Assembly: GCA_964482725.1 (NCBI GenBank)
Contig: CAYZYT010000004.1
Location: 23,824 to 87,823, forward strand
Direction: 5' to 3'
DNA from: an uncultured bacterium
GTDB lineage: Bacteria; Omnitrophota; Omnitrophia; Omnitrophales; Aquincolibacteriaceae
DNA length: 64,000 bases
The position numbers and the translations under genes were made by a program. This document shows positions 57,223-64,000 of the stretch, piece by piece (the stretch's first letter is position 1; every line of letters starts with the position of its first letter). The notes beneath the pieces were generated by a model. It was not told where the DNA came from, made no database searches, and worked only from the letters and a program-made list of their open reading frames with translations.

Positions 57223-57432
57223 TTATTGAACGGGGTCGAATCCGCCGGGGTGGAAGGGATGGCATTTACAAATTCTTTGGATCGCAAGTCTCGCGCCAGA
57301 CAGCGCGCCTTTTTTCTGCAAAGCTTCTTCCGCATAAGAGGAACAGCTGGGTGTAAAGCGGCAAGAGGGGCCCAGAAGAGGCGCAACGAACGCGCGATAA
57401 AAATGGATAGCAAGGATCAGGAAATGTTTCAC
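57223..57432 (-). CDS. yidD: Membrane protein insertion efficiency factor YidD
   Basis: FYRAFVAPLLGPSCRFTPSCSSYAEEAL...RLAIQRICKCHPFHPGGFDPV. GTG start at 57432 sits in a GTGA overlap with the rnpA stop; the longer track ORF (57528) would overlap rnpA by 100 nt. Confidence 0.8.
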   Translation of the reverse strand: MKHFLILAIHFYRAFVAPLLGPSCRFTPSCSSYAEEALQKKGALSGARLAIQRICKCHPFHPGGFDPVQ

Positions 57433-57806
57433 ACCCAGGCTCCTGCTTTTTTGAAAAGATTGATAAGGTCTTCTTCCGTGGCTAAAAAAGAAGGTTTCCT
57501 TTGTGTGTGTCGCACCTTCACCAAACAAACCGCCTCAGGTCGAAGGTTCGCTTGCTGCTCGCGGAAGATCTCACGGACGCGGCGCTTCCAAACGTTCCGC
57601 CCCACAGAGGTCGGATCTGTTTTGCGGCTGACCACGATCCCGATCATGGGCTTTTCTCTCAGCGACGCGCGTTTTTTGTCGTCCCGCTTGCCGACCCACA
57701 AATAAAAAAACTCTCCTCGGGCGAAGCGTCCGCTCTCGACGAGATGTTTGAAGGTTGTTTGCCGGCGAATCCGCTGATCCGCCCCGAGCCGTTTCTTTGG
57801 CTCCAA
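57429..57806 (-). CDS. rnpA: Ribonuclease P protein component (TTG start)
   Basis: Basic RnpA-like sequence, conserved position between rpmH and yidD. Start codon is uncertain. Confidence 0.8.
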   Translation of the reverse strand: MEPKKRLGADQRIRRQTTFKHLVESGRFARGEFFYLWVGKRDDKKRASLREKPMIGIVVSRKTDPTSVGRNVWKRRVREIFREQQANLRPEAVCLVKVRHTQRKPSFLATEEDLINLFKKAGAWV

Positions 57807-57809
57807 CGC

Positions 57810-57947
57810 TTATACTTGGGTCAGCTTTTTCCGGCCCTTTTTTCGGCGACGCGCAAGGACTTTTCGTCCTCCGGCGGTCCGCGTTCGGGCAAGAAAGCCG
57901 TGCTTGTTACGACGTTTTCTCTTGGAAGGCTGGTATGTTCTTTTCAT
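57810..57947 (-). CDS. rpmH: 50S ribosomal protein L34
   Basis: Manual translation gives [45 protein letters not shown], a canonical L34. It is not in the ORF track because it is under 60 aa. Confidence 0.9.
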   Translation of the reverse strand: MKRTYQPSKRKRRNKHGFLARTRTAGGRKVLARRRKKGRKKLTQV

Positions 57948-58285
57948 GAGGCGTGAATTATAGTGAAGTTCGTTTGTAATATCCAGCGTTTTATTTTAGC
58001 GGTGTAAAAAACTTTTTTCCTTTGCGTTGCTCCTGTCCCTAAAAAAATTTTGTTTGCCCGTGGACAAAACATTTTTTTGTTGTAGAATGATCCCTCTCGA
58101 AAGTTGCGTTCGCTTCTTTTTTCCGGAGCGAACGTTTATTTTGGTCGTTTTTTTGCTGTTGATAAGCTGTTTATAAGCTATTTATACATTTTAGTTAAAT
58201 TTTGCTGCTGTGAATACAATATTAAAAATAGTAATTTTTTTCTTATTCATAACCTGTTCATAACTATAAAAAGGGCCGTGCGGCC
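57948..58285. other. Candidate oriC segment between rpmH and dnaA: AT-rich, with degenerate DnaA-box-like 9-mers and a CGTTCGCT...AGCGAACG hairpin
   Basis: Position between rpmH and dnaA, with a gene-strand switch exactly here. Box-like 9-mers with two mismatches each: TTATTCATA, CTGTGAATA, CGTGGACAA. AT-rich stretch at 58190-58260. Confidence 0.45.
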
Positions 58286-59638
58286 ATGAATCAACCGCTC
58301 TTTTCTCCTCCCAACGCCTCCCCGGCGGAGCTTTGGAAAAAAATTTGCTCCATTCTCTCCCGAGAATTAAGCGAGCGCTCGTTCAAAACCTGGTTTGAGC
58401 CGATCTCGCTCCTGGGAGTTTCCTCAGAGGCTTTGACCTTAAGCGTCCCTGACCAATATTATGGAAAATGGCTTGAGGATCATTACCAGAATCTTATTCT
58501 CTCTTCCGTTGAAGAGGTCGTCGGACATCCTTTAAGGGTTGCCTACCAAGTGGTGGAGCCGCCCAAGGCCCCTCCCTCGCTCCCCATCTCCGCCCCCTCG
58601 AAGGAAAGGGATGAAACCCTCGCAGGCTTGAACCAAAAATACACTTTTGACGATTTTGTGATCGGCCCGGGGAATCGCTTTGCCCACGCGGCCTCGGTTG
58701 CGGTCAGCGAGTCTCCCGCCAAACAATACAACCCTCTCTTCATCTATGGGCCCACGGGGCTTGGGAAGACCCATCTCTTACAGTCCATCGCTCATGAAAT
58801 GAAACGACGCCATCCGGAGTTTAAGATCCTGTACATATCCAGTGAAAAATTCACAAATCAGTTGATCACGGCCATCCAGACAAAATCAACCCCTCAGTTC
58901 CGAGCAAGATATCGCACGCTCGATCTTTTGCTTATAGATGATGTCCATTTTATCGCGGAAAAAGACTCCACCCAGGAAGAATTCTTTAATACTTTCAACG
59001 CGCTTTATGATGCCCACAAACAAATTGTGGTCACAAGCGACCGCCCGCCTCGTGAGATCCCGGGGCTGGAAGAGCGCCTTGTTTCTCGTTTTGGCTGGGG
59101 CCTTGTCACGGACATCCAGCCTCCAGATTTTGAGACGCGCGTGGCTATTTTAAAAAAGAAGATGGAGCGGGAAACCGTTGTGGTGCCTGATGATGTGTCT
59201 TATTTTATTGCGGGAAAGATCAAGTCCAATATCCGGGAATTGGAGGGGGCGCTTATCCGCGTGGTCGCTTATTGCACGCTTACCAATTCCAAGATCGATG
59301 TCCTTCTCGCGCAAGAAATATTGAAGGACTCTTTTAAGGAAGAATCCCAAAAATTCACCATAGAAGGCATCCAAAAGGTGGTTGCGGATTATTTTAATGT
59401 GAAGGTTTCGGACCTTCGGGCTAAAAAAAGGACGGTTTCTATTGTCCGGCCACGGCAAATCGCCATGTATCTTGTTCGGGAGCTTACCACACACTCTTTT
59501 CCGGAGATCGGAGAGTATTTTGGGGGGAAAGACCATACCACCGTGCTTCATTCGTGCAATAAGATCGCCGGAGAAAGAGATAAAGATGTTTCGGTGCGTA
59601 GTTTATTGGAAAAGCTAACCGTTTTGTTGAAAAAGTAG
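58286..59638 (+). CDS. dnaA: Chromosomal replication initiator DnaA
   Basis: AAA+ Walker A GPTGLGKTHLLQSI, Walker B LLLIDDVHF, sensor motifs and C-terminal DNA-binding HTH domain. Confidence 0.93.
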   Translation: MNQPLFSPPNASPAELWKKICSILSRELSERSFKTWFEPISLLGVSSEALTLSVPDQYYGKWLEDHYQNLILSSVEEVVGHPLRVAYQVVEPPKAPPSLPISAPSKERDETLAGLNQKYTFDDFVIGPGNRFAHAASVAVSESPAKQYNPLFIYGPTGLGKTHLLQSIAHEMKRRHPEFKILYISSEKFTNQLITAIQTKSTPQFRARYRTLDLLLIDDVHFIAEKDSTQEEFFNTFNALYDAHKQIVVTSDRPPREIPGLEERLVSRFGWGLVTDIQPPDFETRVAILKKKMERETVVVPDDVSYFIAGKIKSNIRELEGALIRVVAYCTLTNSKIDVLLAQEILKDSFKEESQKFTIEGIQKVVADYFNVKVSDLRAKKRTVSIVRPRQIAMYLVRELTTHSFPEIGEYFGGKDHTTVLHSCNKIAGERDKDVSVRSLLEKLTVLLKK

Positions 59639-59771
59639 GTTGGTTTTCCACAAAAAAACTTTTTTATATCTCGTTCTTTTTTAAATAGTTGTGTAGGATA
59701 TCCACAAATCCACAGCTCTTATTACTACGGTTACTGTTTTTAAATATAGAATAAAAGAAGAAGGAGTTTGT
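59639..59771. promoter_or_regulatory. DnaA-box cluster and AT-rich tract between dnaA and dnaN (alternative or second oriC module)
   Basis: TTTTCCACA and ATATCCACA (one mismatch each to TTATCCACA), AATCCACAG, and an AT-rich run AAAAAAACTTTTTTATATCTCGTTCTTTTTTAAATAG. Confidence 0.5.
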
Positions 59772-60872
59772 ATGGAAATTAAAGTGCAAAAGAGCGAGCT
59801 GTTAAAAAAGATCACTCTGGGTGTGAATATTGCCGCGTCCAAACCAAGCACTCTCCCCATCTTGAACAACCTTTTACTTGAAACTCAAAAAGACGGGAAA
59901 CTTAAAATCATCGCAACTGATATGGAGGTAGGCATCTCCACCCTTTTACCTGTGGAAATTATCCAAGGGGGAAGCATCACGGTTCCAGCGAGAAAATTTT
60001 TTGATATCATAAAGGAGCTTCCTGAGGGGAATGTGGAAATAACGGTCACAAAAAACAACACCGTTAATATTAAAGCAGGAAAATCTAATTTTAAAATCAT
60101 GGGGTTAGATAAAGAGGAATATCCCAAACTCCCAGAATTTTCTCTCGAAGAAGCGATCGAAATAGAGCAAGCCGTTATTAAAGAAAGCCTTTCCTTAACC
60201 GCTTTTGCGATTTCGCACGACGAAACAAGATATGTTTTAAATGGCGTCCTGGTCTCCATCCAGGGGAACCAGATCCGGTTTGTGGCCACAGACGGGAGAA
60301 GGCTGGCTTTTTATAAAAAAGAGACGAAGCAAAAAAACACCAAAAGCGTGGAAATGATCATTCCCGCGAAAACCATACACGAGCTTTTAAAATTATTGGG
60401 GTGGGAGGGGGTTGTTAAGATCATCCACACACAAAACAAAGTTATTTTTTATTTTGAGGACACGTATCTTACCTCAAGCCTTATAGAGGGGAATTTTCCA
60501 AATTATGATCAGGTGATCCCGAAAGAAGAAAAAACCCACGTTCAAGCAAACCGAGAAGAATTTTTACAAGCGGTCCGCCGCGCCTCTCTTTTAACATCCC
60601 CGGAAGCGCCCGCGCTCAAATTTGATTTTATAAAAAACAAAATCATTGTGTCCGCGAAAACGCCCAATATGGGAGAGGCGAAAGAAGAGCTTTCGGCCGA
60701 GTTTAAAGGAGAAGAAATTACGATAGGGTTCAACCCTGGATATTTTTTAGATGTCTTAAAAAATCTTTCCGATGAAAATATTAGCATTGCTTTAACAAGC
60801 CCCGACAAGCCCGGCCTGATCAAGGGGCGAGAAGGCTATCTTTACGTGATCATGCCGATGCAGCTCAACTAG
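59772..60872 (+). CDS. dnaN: DNA polymerase III beta sliding clamp
   Basis: Full-length DnaN similarity (366 aa). AAGGAG lies upstream of the start. Confidence 0.92.
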   Translation: MEIKVQKSELLKKITLGVNIAASKPSTLPILNNLLLETQKDGKLKIIATDMEVGISTLLPVEIIQGGSITVPARKFFDIIKELPEGNVEITVTKNNTVNIKAGKSNFKIMGLDKEEYPKLPEFSLEEAIEIEQAVIKESLSLTAFAISHDETRYVLNGVLVSIQGNQIRFVATDGRRLAFYKKETKQKNTKSVEMIIPAKTIHELLKLLGWEGVVKIIHTQNKVIFYFEDTYLTSSLIEGNFPNYDQVIPKEEKTHVQANREEFLQAVRRASLLTSPEAPALKFDFIKNKIIVSAKTPNMGEAKEELSAEFKGEEITIGFNPGYFLDVLKNLSDENISIALTSPDKPGLIKGREGYLYVIMPMQLN

Positions 60873-60905
60873 TCGGGAAAAAGGACGATAATAGAACGGG
60901 TTTTC

Positions 60906-63756
<2,851 letters not shown>

Positions 63757-63781
63757 TAAAGGATAAATAAGGAAAGCGATC

Positions 63782-64000
63782 ATGGCAGACGGAAAAAACT
63801 TATACGCAATGAACGAAAAGATCATCCTCCGGCCCATCGAAGAGGAGATGAAGGATTCCTACATCGATTATGCGATGTCGGTGATTGTGGGGCGCGCGCT
63901 CCCGGATGTTCGCGACGGGTTGAAACCCGTGCACCGGCGTATTTTGTTCGCCATGAACGAGCTGGGCCTTACGCACAGCAAAGCCTATAAAAAATCCGCT
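63782..64000 (+). CDS. gyrA: DNA gyrase subunit A, N-terminal fragment (runs off the window end)
   Basis: [60 protein letters not shown] is a canonical GyrA N-terminus. AAGGAAAG lies upstream of the start. Confidence 0.9.
   Translation, partial: MADGKNLYAMNEKIILRPIEEEMKDSYIDYAMSVIVGRALPDVRDGLKPVHRRILFAMNELGLTHSKAYKKSA

Noticed and set aside
57223-57528. Long form of yidD (101 aa) from the ORF track
   Set aside because: The first ~30 codons overlap rnpA and do not match YidD. GTG at 57432, in a GTGA overlap with the rnpA stop, gives the canonical ~69-aa YidD.
57995-58010. GTCCCTAAAAAA in the rpmH–dnaA spacer resembling the hairpin-A right arm plus A-tract of the 157-bp array
   Set aside because: Only an 8-nt core is shared and no left arm is present. 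It is treated as chance.

Overview
This 64-kb window is a bacterial chromosomal segment that ends at a very probable replication origin (parAB–mnmG–yidC–yidD–rnpA–rpmH | oriC | dnaA–dnaN–dciA-like–gyrB–gyrA). Every gene from 16.7 kb to 57.9 kb is on the minus strand and every gene right of ~58 kb is on the plus strand, which fits leading-strand bias on both sides of an origin near 57.95–58.3 kb. The first 11 kb is the 5' part of one giant minus-strand gene. It is not in the ORF track because it has no stop codon inside the window. It encodes a secreted protein made of dozens of autotransporter-associated beta-strand (PATR-type) repeats, with long near-identical internal DNA repeats. Next comes a 1-kb non-coding region holding a 157-bp tandem array of paired palindromic hairpins. 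Divergent from it lies a three-gene signalling operon: a stand-alone receiver, a REC-GGDEF-EAL protein and a PAS sensor histidine kinase. The remainder is mostly housekeeping: yraN, rnhB, rplS, trmD, rpsP, murA, prmC, prfA, rpmE, rho, coaE, polA and pilT. It also holds a reduced, divergent Rnf-like cluster, a biotin operon (bioB, bioF, bioA, bioD) with embedded fabF-like and fabG-like genes and a zinc-peptidase-like lipoprotein, and a sugar locus (ROK regulator, secreted glycoside hydrolase-like protein, GH94 phosphorylase, solute-binding protein). Two consensus parS sites sit upstream of parA. Unusual items include an Omp85-like barrel gene paired with a secreted protein that carries kinase-like catalytic motifs, an in-frame palindromic insertion in prmC, a family of GGAGG/CCTCC palindromic intergenic hairpins, and the apparent absence of rimM, rsmG and recF from their usual conserved positions. 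No tRNA, rRNA, CRISPR array, transposase or integrase could be supported from the sequence.
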